A stretch of 64,000 bases of DNA, taken from positions 27,127-91,126 of the forward strand of contig JAJDDQ010000075.1 in the NCBI GenBank assembly GCA_029260215.1. The letters are read 5' to 3'. The stretch's first letter is position 1; the number at the start of each line of letters is the position of its first letter. The position numbers and the translations under genes are program-made. Source of the DNA: Phycisphaerae bacterium. GTDB lineage: Bacteria; Planctomycetota; Phycisphaerae; UBA1845. Below the pieces are notes generated by a model that was given only the letters and a program-made list of their open reading frames with translations, did no database searches and was not told the DNA's origin. Shown piece by piece: positions 14,871-23,646 of the stretch.

Positions 14871-17711
14871 ATGAACGAGTTTGCGAAACGGTGTGGTTGG
14901 TGTTCGTGCCTGGTGATGCTCGCAGGCGCAATGAACCAACGTGCAGCCGCAGAAGGGGCCTGCTGTCGGCCGGCGAATTGTATCCCAGCCACAGACGCGA
15001 CCGAATGTGATGTGTTCGGCGGCGTGTTTCTCGACGGCGAGGATTGCGCAGACAGCCCCTGCGAGATCGGAGCGTGTTGTTTCGAGCTGAATTGCGGCAT
15101 GCTCGATGCCTTCAATTGTATCTCCTCCGGGAGAGCGTTCGGCGGCGCGGGCACGACCTGTCTGGACGATCCCTGCGAATCCAACATCGGTGCCTGCTGC
15201 AACAGTGGGACGTGCAGCTTCGTTTCGCCGTTACAGTGCGGGAATGAGGGTGGAACCTGGCTGGGGGCTGGTACCAATTGCCAGACCAGCCCCTGCGACA
15301 TCGGTGCCTGCTGCCAGCCGGGCGCGTGCGCCGATCTTCCCGGCTTTGAATGCATGGCTACAGGTGGTACGTTCGTGAACGGTTTCTCATGCTCAGCCGA
15401 CGCATGCGAGCAAACGCTTGGCTGCCCGGCTGACTCCCTTTTTTCGCAATCCCGCGACGCGCCCTTGTTTTTCGCCTCCTATCTTTCCGAATCCTCACAA
15501 AACGCTCAAAGATCAGACAACTACGCCAACCTCCCCGGAGCCATCGCAGTCGTGCGCTGGTTCGCCCTGAGCCTCGCTTTCGACGGGGCAGCGTTCTCAG
15601 ACTGTGTCGATTCTTCGCCGATATTCGAGATCACATTCCACGAAAACAACGCCGGCACATTGGGTGAAGTCGTGTGTTCCTACACGATCGAAGCCCAGCG
15701 AACATTCACGGGCATCCCCTATCAGACCTTTGAAGCCGTCAAATACGAAGCCATCCTCCCAACGCCCTGCGTGGCTTCCACGGGTTGGATTTCCATCGTC
15801 GGGCTGGGCGATCCCGACTGCCGCCATTACTGGATCAGCTCGACGGACGGAGATCAGGCTTCGCTTTGCAGCAACTGCCCGGGCGGCCCGAACGTGGCCG
15901 ACGATTTCAACTTCTGCCTGCTCGGCAACGCCGGCGGCGTGTTCGGCGCGTGTTGCGACCAAAATATGGGATTTTGCTCTGAAAACGTCGAAATCCAGGA
16001 TTGTCTCGACGTGGGGCAGTTTTTCGCACCTGACAAGACCTGTGCGGAACTCGATCAACCGTGCGAAATCGTCCGCGGCGCGTGCTGTTTCAACAACGGC
16101 ACGCCCTGCTCGATCGAGGTGGAGGGTGATTGCGTCGCGGCTGGCGGGAGCTGGCTGGGCCGGGATACGGTTTGTGAACAGTGTCCGGCGGTCGGGGCGT
16201 GCTGCCTCGCTCAGGACGCATGTTTTATCGGAACTGAAAATAATTGCGGCGATGCCGGATTTTCCTTCATCGGGGCGGATACCGCCTGTGAGGACTGCCC
16301 CCCTCTGCCGGATTGCCCTGCGGACACGCTGTTCGGGCAGACGGTCGATGGGCCTAACGATTTCCTCTCCGGCACATCGGAAGCGAGTGCCGGATTCGCA
16401 CGTTTCGAGGATTTCGCGGGCGTGGCTGGCCCGATTGAACACATCACATTCTGGGGCCTCGATCTGGACAACATCGAGGGCACGAATGACTTTGTGGAGT
16501 GCGTCGAAGACGATCCGCAGTTCGAAATCGCGTTTCATCGCGATGCCAACGGTGTGCCCGGTGAACAGGTGTGCTCGTATACCGTGCTGGCTGAACGCAT
16601 TCCCACGCTTTTTGACTATCTGGGTGCCAACGTGATCGAATTCCGCGCGGTCCTGCCTGCCTCCTGCGTGCTCACCCGCGGCTGGGTCAAAATCGTCGGT
16701 TTGGGTGATGAGGATTGCTGGTTCTTGTGGCTTAGTGCGGGGCTTGGCGGATCGCTCTGCGAAGGCTGCTCGGTGGAACAGCAGGACGACGATTTCGCAT
16801 TCTGCCTGAACGGACCGGTGGGCGGTGTGACCGGTGCGTGCTGCGTCGATGAGACGGGCCAATGCGAGGAAAACGTCGATATCGCCGATTGCGCGCAATC
16901 CACGCAGCGTTTTCGCCCGGGGACCGCTTGTGCCGATCTCGACCCGCCTTGCGGAATTATCCTGGGCGCGTGCTGTTTTTCCGACGCGACCTGCTCTTTG
17001 AGCGAGGAGGTAAGCTGTCAAAAATCGGGCGGCGACTGGCTGGGGGCCAATTCCATCTGCGATTCCTGCCCGTGCATCACGCCCTGTCCGTCGGTCGGTG
17101 TTGCGGAGGGTGAGCCGGTTTGTTTCGACGATTACGACGACGTTTTCAACGGCGGATGCGATGCCGAAACGGTCGGTTTTTCACCTATCGGATTCGGTCA
17201 AACCGTATGCGGTCTGAGCGGTGTGTTCGTTGTGGATTTCGATTTTGTGGGCGATTTCGACTGGTTTGAAATCGAAGTCGCCGAGCCGACGATGCTGACG
17301 TGGATTGTCGAGGCGGAATTTCCGGCTGTCGTAGGCGTTGTCGACGGTACGGCTGGTTGCGCTGGGGCCAACGTTATCACGCTTCAATCCACGGATGAGT
17401 GCGACCCGCTGGAAATTACAGTCCCGGTGAACGCGGGAACCTATTGGCTGGTGGTCGGACCTTTGGCGGCCACCGATCTGGCAGCCTGCGGCAAGCGTTA
17501 CACAGCCGTCGTTCTGAACGCCAACGCCCCGCCGGGTGACGGCAACGGGGATGGCAATGTCGATCTGTTCGATCTGGACTTGTGGAACGCCTGCCTGGCT
17601 TCCCCCGGATCGACCGCGCCGCCGGCGTGTTTGGTCTTCGATTTCGACGGCGATCAAGACGTGGATTGGGCTGATAATGCGGTGTTCCAGCAGTTGTTCG
17701 GGGGGCGATAA
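14871..17711 (+). CDS. secreted modular protein: 9 GACC Cys-rich modules, two copies of a ~165-aa unknown domain, PPC-like domain, C-terminal dockerin-like domain
   Basis: ATG 14871 gives signal peptide MNEFAKRCGWCSCLVMLAGAMNQRAAA. Repeats are described in the findings. PPC-like segment FDFVGDFDWFEIEV...TYWLVVGP. Tail GDGNGDGNVDLFDLDLW...FDFDGDQDVDWADNAVFQQLFG. Confidence 0.8.
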   Translation: MNEFAKRCGWCSCLVMLAGAMNQRAAAEGACCRPANCIPATDATECDVFGGVFLDGEDCADSPCEIGACCFELNCGMLDAFNCISSGRAFGGAGTTCLDDPCESNIGACCNSGTCSFVSPLQCGNEGGTWLGAGTNCQTSPCDIGACCQPGACADLPGFECMATGGTFVNGFSCSADACEQTLGCPADSLFSQSRDAPLFFASYLSESSQNAQRSDNYANLPGAIAVVRWFALSLAFDGAAFSDCVDSSPIFEITFHENNAGTLGEVVCSYTIEAQRTFTGIPYQTFEAVKYEAILPTPCVASTGWISIVGLGDPDCRHYWISSTDGDQASLCSNCPGGPNVADDFNFCLLGNAGGVFGACCDQNMGFCSENVEIQDCLDVGQFFAPDKTCAELDQPCEIVRGACCFNNGTPCSIEVEGDCVAAGGSWLGRDTVCEQCPAVGACCLAQDACFIGTENNCGDAGFSFIGADTACEDCPPLPDCPADTLFGQTVDGPNDFLSGTSEASAGFARFEDFAGVAGPIEHITFWGLDLDNIEGTNDFVECVEDDPQFEIAFHRDANGVPGEQVCSYTVLAERIPTLFDYLGANVIEFRAVLPASCVLTRGWVKIVGLGDEDCWFLWLSAGLGGSLCEGCSVEQQDDDFAFCLNGPVGGVTGACCVDETGQCEENVDIADCAQSTQRFRPGTACADLDPPCGIILGACCFSDATCSLSEEVSCQKSGGDWLGANSICDSCPCITPCPSVGVAEGEPVCFDDYDDVFNGGCDAETVGFSPIGFGQTVCGLSGVFVVDFDFVGDFDWFEIEVAEPTMLTWIVEAEFPAVVGVVDGTAGCAGANVITLQSTDECDPLEITVPVNAGTYWLVVGPLAATDLAACGKRYTAVVLNANAPPGDGNGDGNVDLFDLDLWNACLASPGSTAPPACLVFDFDGDQDVDWADNAVFQQLFGGR

Positions 17712-18033
17712 CCGGACATTGTTCAATTGAGTGAAAATCGCAATAAAATCTCGTCCCGATCGTCGTGATTTCGCGCGTTCTCACCGGAGCGTGCGTACAA
17801 TTCGTTATTGTGACAGCCCGTTCGACTCGGTAGGATGGTTTCGTGGGTGGGTGGTTTGGCGATCGCAGCCGGCGCAGACGCGCCACGGCTTGCGGCGGAG
17901 TTCAATCCAATACGTTATCGGAACCGTGAAACGACCGCCTCGGGGCGATCGACCGGAGCGGCTGCGCCGTGTCGAATGGGGCCTTTTTTCAAGCACTCTG
18001 ATCAATAAGATTCTATACCTTCGGAAAACGACC

Positions 18034-21000
18034 ATGCTTCAGAACACAACGAACCGTCGCCGTGCGGGCATTCTATCGCGTCTGCTTTTCGTGCCGGTCC
18101 TGCTGGGGATCGGGTACGCGATGATGCAGGCTGGTCGCGCGCCGCAGGCGGTGACGACTCATCGCGACCAGACGATCGACACGCCAACGGTTGCGGACGC
18201 TCAGGCAGAGGCCAAGCGCGAGCGCATGCTTCTCAAAGTTGAGGCCAAGCGCGAGAAGATCAAGCGCAACGGCGCGAAGCGATACGATCAGCCTCAGGAA
18301 GCGATGGACTTTTTCGTGTCCCAGCGTGTGGGTCCGGGTGAGGACATTCCGTTCGACAGGCTGGCTGCTGCGCGCGACGACATTCGCAATCGTCAGGCTG
18401 CTTTGGGTCAGAATCCGCTGCAAGCGGCGGAGTCGGGCGGTGGGGGATGGATCGAGCTTGGTCCGGGCAACATCGGCGGTCGCACGCGGGCGTTCGTCAT
18501 TCACCCCGGAGACCCGAGCATTCTGTACGCGGCGGGCGTGGCTGGCGGGGTGTGGAAATCGACCGACGCGGGGGCGAGCTGGGTGGTTCTGGACGACACG
18601 ATGCTCAATCTCGCGGTTTCGACGCTGGCGATGGATCCGACGGATCCGGAAACGCTTTACGCCGGCACGGGCGAGGGATTCTTCAACGGCGGTTCGGTGC
18701 GCGGTGCGGGTATTTTCAAGACGACGGACGGCGGGGCGACTTGGGATCAGCTTTCCGGCACGGTTTCGGGGATTCCGAGCGGTGCGTTCAACTACGTCAA
18801 CAAGATCGTGATCAGCCCCAACGATGCGGACCGTCTCTACGCGGGCACGCGGTCGGGCGTTTGGCGGAGCTTGGATGCGGGCGTGTCGTGGTCGATTCTG
18901 CTGACCAATCCGCTCTGTCCGTTGAACAATCCCAGTTGCGGATTCGTCGGTTGCACGGATATCGCGGTGCGGTGGGATTCAGATCCCGACGTGCTCTTCG
19001 CCGCGTTCGGCAGCTTCACTGCGATTGGTCTGTTCCGCTCGCAAGACGGCGGGCAGACGTGGAACGAGATTGGTACACCGAGCAATTTGCAGCGTAACGA
19101 TCAGGGGCGTATGGCTATTGCGATCGCGCCGAGCAACAACGATGTAGTTTATGTTTGCATGGCCAACAACGGCGAGACCGATACGACGGGAGCGTTGGTT
19201 GACGTATTCCGCACCACAAACGGCGGCGACACGTGGAGCCCGCGTGTCAACTTGGCGGACGATATCAATCCGCTGCTGCTTTCCAACCCGTGTTTCACCG
19301 GTTCGTCGCAGGGATGGTATGACAACATTATCGCGGTGGACCCGCTGGATGAGGACATCGTGTGGGTGGGCGGCATCGACCTGTTTCGCTCGGACGACGG
19401 CGGGGTGAATTTCGGTGTGGCGGCTTTTTGGGAATCGGGCGACGACGATCCCGAGTACGTGCATGCCGATCAGCACATGATCGTGTTCCACCCGAATTAC
19501 AACGGAACCAGCAACCAGACGATGTACGCCACCGGCGACGGCGGGGTTTTTCGCACAGACAACGCCCGTGCCTCTACCAGTAACGAAGGCTGCCTGCCAT
19601 CGTTCAACCAATTGCCGGACATTGTGTGGACGAGTCTCAACAACGGCTATGGTGTTACGCAATTCTACCACGGCGACGCATCGCAGAGCACGGAGGTTTT
19701 CGGCGGCGGAGCACAGGACAACGGCACGAACCTGGTGACGTCATCGTCCACGCCGAACGACTGGTTCGAGATTCTCGGCGGCGACGGCGGGTACTTTTTC
19801 ATCAATCCGCAAAACCCGAATGTCATGTACGCCGAGACTCAGCGATTTCCAAGAATCCAGAAGTCGGTCAACGGCGGAATAAGCTTCTTCCCTTCGACGA
19901 ACGGCATTGACGAATTCGATGGCCTGTTCATCAACCCGTTCGCGATGGTTGACGCGAATCCCAATCTTCTGTGGACCGGGGCTACGCAACCCTGGCGAAC
20001 GACCAACGCGGCTGGCCTGTGGACTTCGGCGGGGCCGGATTTCGACAACGCCTTTCTCACGTCGGCGATTGCGATCGCACCTTCGGACAGCAGCGAAGTG
20101 TACTTCGGATTCTGCAATGGTTACGTGGCGCGCACTTCTGACGGCACGGCGGAACCGGTTACGTGGCAGGTATTCGGGGCTGCGAACGGCTTGCAGGCTG
20201 ATACGTTCGGCGATTTCTGCGGCTCGTGGATCAGCAGCATTGCATTCGACCCCACCAACCCGGACGTGGGCTATTGCACGTACTCGACTTACGGACTCAA
20301 CCACGTGCTCAAGACCACAAACGGCGGAAGCTCATGGTTCTCGATCGACGGGTTCGGGCAAACGGGGATACCGGACATTCCGGTTCACTGGATCGCGATT
20401 CGCCCCACCGACTCGAATGAACTTTTCGTCGGGACGGAGCTTGGCGTGTTTCGCAGTCTGGACGGAGGGTTGACCTGGGCACCGTTCAACAACGGCATGC
20501 CCAACACTGTGGTGGAGTCGCTCGATTTTCGGAATGAGAATGATCTGGTCGCGTTCACGCACGGCCGGGGTGCGTTCATGTTCCAACTGTCGCCGCCGGA
20601 TTGCAACGAAAACGGCGTAGAGGACATCGAAGACATTGTGAACGAAACCTCGCTGGACTGTAATGAGAATCTGGTTCCGGACGAATGCGATATCGCCGCA
20701 TGTTTCCCCGGCGGAGCGTTCTGCGGAGACTGTAACCAGAACGGGCTGCTGGACGATTGCGAGTTGCCGGACTGCAACGGAAACGGCAGGCCTGACGACT
20801 GCGACATTCTGTTGAATACCAGCGGAGACTGCAACAGCGATTCGATACCGGATGAGTGTGGGCCTGACTGCAATGACAATGGCACACCGGACGTGTGCGA
20901 CATTCTCAACGGCGTGCTGACGGACAACAACGCGAACAGTCTGGCTGACGAATGCGAGATCGTGTTTGTGGATCTCGCTTCGGCGGGCGGCGACGGCAGG

Positions 21001-23448
21001 AGTTGGGCGAACGCGTTCCCCAGCCTCAATGCGGCGTTTGAGGCGGCTGTGATGTCGGACAACGTTGTGCAGGAAATTTGGGTTATGGCTGGCGTGTACG
21101 CTCCGGCGGAAGCGGACGGAGCGCGCACGGAGTCGTTCCATCTGCCTTCGGGTGTGGCGGTCTACGGCGGGTTTGCGGGCGACGAGACTTTTCGCAACCA
21201 GCGCGATCCGGTTTCAAATCTGACGGTGTTGACGGGGGACCTGAACGGGAACGATCAGCCCGACGGCACGAACACGTTTGAAAATGCTTATCACGTGGTC
21301 ACGGTGTCGGCGGCTGACGGTGCGCACGACGGGACGACGCTGGACGGATTCACGATTCGCTCGGGCAACGCACAGGGCATTCCGCCGGACACCACGGGCG
21401 GGGGTGTGTGGATCGACGGGGGCGCTCCGACAATTCGCAATTGCATCATCGAAGACAACCTGAGTTTTCGCGGGGGTGGTGTCCATGTCGGCGGCGGGTC
21501 GGCTTCGTTTGTTGATTGCATTATTCGAGACAACAGCGCGGACACGGGGGGCGGCGTATCGACGGACTCAGGTGCGAACCCGTTGTTCGATGGCTGTGTT
21601 ATTGAGAGCAACGACGGGGGCGGGGTGCGCAACAGCGGCGGTGCGACGCCGACGTTCGGGGATACGTTTATTCGCGACAACGTGACCACCGGCGGCGGCG
21701 CGGGTGTGCAGAGCACGTCGGGCGCGACGGCGACCTATGAGCGTTGCTCGATCACGGGGAATGTGTCGATGTTCGGCGATGGGGGGGGGCTGTTCAACAG
21801 CAACGGCAGCGACTCCTTTATGACCGCGTGTCTGGTGTCCGACAACGAAGCGTTCAGTCGCGGCGGCGGGATGTACAACTTTGACAGTGATGTCGTCGCG
21901 GTCAATTGCGTTTTTTCGCAGAACCGGACGATGGATTCGGTCGGTACGGGTGGAGCGATGCACAACGCAGCCTCATCCCCGACGCTGACCAACTGCACCC
22001 TTTACAGCAACACGGCTCCGGGTGAGGGCGGCGGGCTGTACCACACGGGTGTGGGTACGACGCTGACCGTGACGAATTGCGTGGTGTGGAACAACACAGC
22101 CGGCGCTGTGGGCACGGTGGAGGATGCTCAGATTCGCCTGCCGTTCGGATCACCGGCGATCAACTATTCGAACATTCAGGGCTTGAGCGGCTCGCTGGGC
22201 GGGACCGGGAACATCGGTTCGTCCCCGCTGTTCGTCGGCGCACCGAGTAACCTTCGGTTGTCGGCTGGCTCTGCGTGCATTGACGCCGGCAACAATTCGG
22301 CTGACACGGATGCGACGGTCGCGGGTGTTCAGCCGCTGCCCAACACTGATTTTGACGGGAATCTTCGGTTCTTCGACGAGGCGTCTGCCCCCAATGTGGG
22401 CAACGGTCCGTCACCGATCGTCGATATGGGCGCGTTCGAGCGGCAGGACTGCACGCTGCCCACGGTAATCGGTCAGCCGGTTGATTCGGGCGGGTGCATC
22501 GGGAGCACTGTGGCTTTCGAAGTTCAGGTGGCTGGTACGCAGCCGATATCATTTCAATGGCGTCTCGATGGTGCGGAAATCGCCGGTGCTACCGACAGTG
22601 AACTGTCGATTGGGCCGATTCTGGTGGGAGACGCGGGCGCGTACGACGTGGTTATGATGAACGCATGCGGGAGTGTCACGACGGCGACGGCGACGCTGAC
22701 CATTGAAACCGAGATTCCGGAGATCACGCTTGACCCGTTCGGACAGTCGGTTTGTCCGGGTGATTCCGCGACGCTGACCGTTGAAGCGGTGGCGGAGGGC
22801 GGCGTGTTCTATCAATGGCGACGCAACGGTTCGGTGATTTCGGGTGCTACGGAGCCTTCACTGACGGTGGACAACTTTGGCCCGACAAACATCGGGAGCT
22901 ACACTGTGGCGGTAACGAATAGTTGCGGGACGGCGGTCAGCGCGGGGGCATTGCTTCAGACGGGTACGTCGCCGATTGTGACGGATCATCCGAGCGACGT
23001 CACGGATTGCAGCGGTTCGACGGTGATGTTTTCGGTGCAGGTCAACGCGACGGAGCCGTTGAGCTACCAGTGGCGGCACGATTCGGTGGACATTTCAGGG
23101 GCGACTGGTGTGACGCTGACGCTTTCGGGGATCGCGGTCGAGGATGGCGGTGCGTATGACGTTGTCGTTACCAACCCGTGCGGGCAGGACGTCAGTAGTG
23201 TGGCTACGCTTTCGGTTATCGCCGGGCCTTTCGGTGATTCTAACGGCGATTGCGACGTCGATCTGGCTGACTATCAGGTGTTTCAGTTGAGTTGTTTCTC
23301 GGACAACTCGCTTTCACCGAACTTCGTTCCGCCGCCCGCGGGTTGTCTGCATCTGGATTCGGACGGCGACGGCGATGTGGACGTGTTCGACTTCGGCGCG
23401 TTCCAGGCGACCTTCGGCGACATTGTGCAGGACGTGCCGGAGGAGTAA
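18034..23448 (+). CDS. giant secreted protein: BNR/Asp-box beta-propeller - DCNxNGxPDxCDI repeats - right-handed beta-helix - 3 Ig-like domains - dockerin-like tail
   Basis: ATG 18034 (MLQNTTNRRRAGILSRLLFVPVLLGIGYAMM signal-anchor). About 8 Asp-boxes (STDAGASW, TTDGGATW, SLDAGVSW, SQDGGQTW, TTNGGDTW, TTNGGSSW, SLDGGLTW...). Gly/Asn-rich PbH1-like repeats. Three YQWR..G..ISGAT...D.G.Y.V.V.N.CG units. Tail GDSNGDCDVDLADYQVF...DSDGDGDVDVFDFGAFQATFG. Confidence 0.85.
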   Translation: MLQNTTNRRRAGILSRLLFVPVLLGIGYAMMQAGRAPQAVTTHRDQTIDTPTVADAQAEAKRERMLLKVEAKREKIKRNGAKRYDQPQEAMDFFVSQRVGPGEDIPFDRLAAARDDIRNRQAALGQNPLQAAESGGGGWIELGPGNIGGRTRAFVIHPGDPSILYAAGVAGGVWKSTDAGASWVVLDDTMLNLAVSTLAMDPTDPETLYAGTGEGFFNGGSVRGAGIFKTTDGGATWDQLSGTVSGIPSGAFNYVNKIVISPNDADRLYAGTRSGVWRSLDAGVSWSILLTNPLCPLNNPSCGFVGCTDIAVRWDSDPDVLFAAFGSFTAIGLFRSQDGGQTWNEIGTPSNLQRNDQGRMAIAIAPSNNDVVYVCMANNGETDTTGALVDVFRTTNGGDTWSPRVNLADDINPLLLSNPCFTGSSQGWYDNIIAVDPLDEDIVWVGGIDLFRSDDGGVNFGVAAFWESGDDDPEYVHADQHMIVFHPNYNGTSNQTMYATGDGGVFRTDNARASTSNEGCLPSFNQLPDIVWTSLNNGYGVTQFYHGDASQSTEVFGGGAQDNGTNLVTSSSTPNDWFEILGGDGGYFFINPQNPNVMYAETQRFPRIQKSVNGGISFFPSTNGIDEFDGLFINPFAMVDANPNLLWTGATQPWRTTNAAGLWTSAGPDFDNAFLTSAIAIAPSDSSEVYFGFCNGYVARTSDGTAEPVTWQVFGAANGLQADTFGDFCGSWISSIAFDPTNPDVGYCTYSTYGLNHVLKTTNGGSSWFSIDGFGQTGIPDIPVHWIAIRPTDSNELFVGTELGVFRSLDGGLTWAPFNNGMPNTVVESLDFRNENDLVAFTHGRGAFMFQLSPPDCNENGVEDIEDIVNETSLDCNENLVPDECDIAACFPGGAFCGDCNQNGLLDDCELPDCNGNGRPDDCDILLNTSGDCNSDSIPDECGPDCNDNGTPDVCDILNGVLTDNNANSLADECEIVFVDLASAGGDGRSWANAFPSLNAAFEAAVMSDNVVQEIWVMAGVYAPAEADGARTESFHLPSGVAVYGGFAGDETFRNQRDPVSNLTVLTGDLNGNDQPDGTNTFENAYHVVTVSAADGAHDGTTLDGFTIRSGNAQGIPPDTTGGGVWIDGGAPTIRNCIIEDNLSFRGGGVHVGGGSASFVDCIIRDNSADTGGGVSTDSGANPLFDGCVIESNDGGGVRNSGGATPTFGDTFIRDNVTTGGGAGVQSTSGATATYERCSITGNVSMFGDGGGLFNSNGSDSFMTACLVSDNEAFSRGGGMYNFDSDVVAVNCVFSQNRTMDSVGTGGAMHNAASSPTLTNCTLYSNTAPGEGGGLYHTGVGTTLTVTNCVVWNNTAGAVGTVEDAQIRLPFGSPAINYSNIQGLSGSLGGTGNIGSSPLFVGAPSNLRLSAGSACIDAGNNSADTDATVAGVQPLPNTDFDGNLRFFDEASAPNVGNGPSPIVDMGAFERQDCTLPTVIGQPVDSGGCIGSTVAFEVQVAGTQPISFQWRLDGAEIAGATDSELSIGPILVGDAGAYDVVMMNACGSVTTATATLTIETEIPEITLDPFGQSVCPGDSATLTVEAVAEGGVFYQWRRNGSVISGATEPSLTVDNFGPTNIGSYTVAVTNSCGTAVSAGALLQTGTSPIVTDHPSDVTDCSGSTVMFSVQVNATEPLSYQWRHDSVDISGATGVTLTLSGIAVEDGGAYDVVVTNPCGQDVSSVATLSVIAGPFGDSNGDCDVDLADYQVFQLSCFSDNSLSPNFVPPPAGCLHLDSDGDGDVDVFDFGAFQATFGDIVQDVPEE

Positions 23449-23646
23449 GAGGGATTCGCACGCGGTTTGGCGAAGTGCAAAGGCCAACGCTATCGGCTGT
23501 CGCAGGCACCGCGCGTTGTGGCTATTGCGTGGCCACACCTAATTTTTCGGATTCTCGCCAACCGCTCCCTCACGGTCGCGGCTCTGAAAGAGCGAGCGGC
23601 CCTCGCGATTTTTGTCGTGTCGGGCCACAAGTTGCGGGGTGTTGGG

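Noticed and set aside
15597-17021. 474-aa minus-strand ORF inside the 14871-17711 gene
   Set aside because: Antisense shadow with an Arg/Ala-rich, motif-free product. The plus frame carries the Cys-module repeats, PPC-like and dockerin-like domains.
14955-17040. Regularly spaced ~110-120-nt DNA repeats that could be mistaken for a CRISPR-like array
   Set aside because: The repeats are the in-frame GACC protein modules. They are only loosely conserved at DNA level, have no unique spacers, lie inside one long ORF, and no cas genes are present.
17731-18033. 101-codon N-terminal extension of the giant 18034-23448 gene, and similar extensions at 26950-27213, 28278-28379, 14766-14870, 47220-47330, 51942-51989 and 54851-55003
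   Set aside because: In each case an internal ATG gives a canonical signal peptide or TM start, often with an SD-like motif or start/stop coupling. The upstream extension is basic low-complexity sequence.
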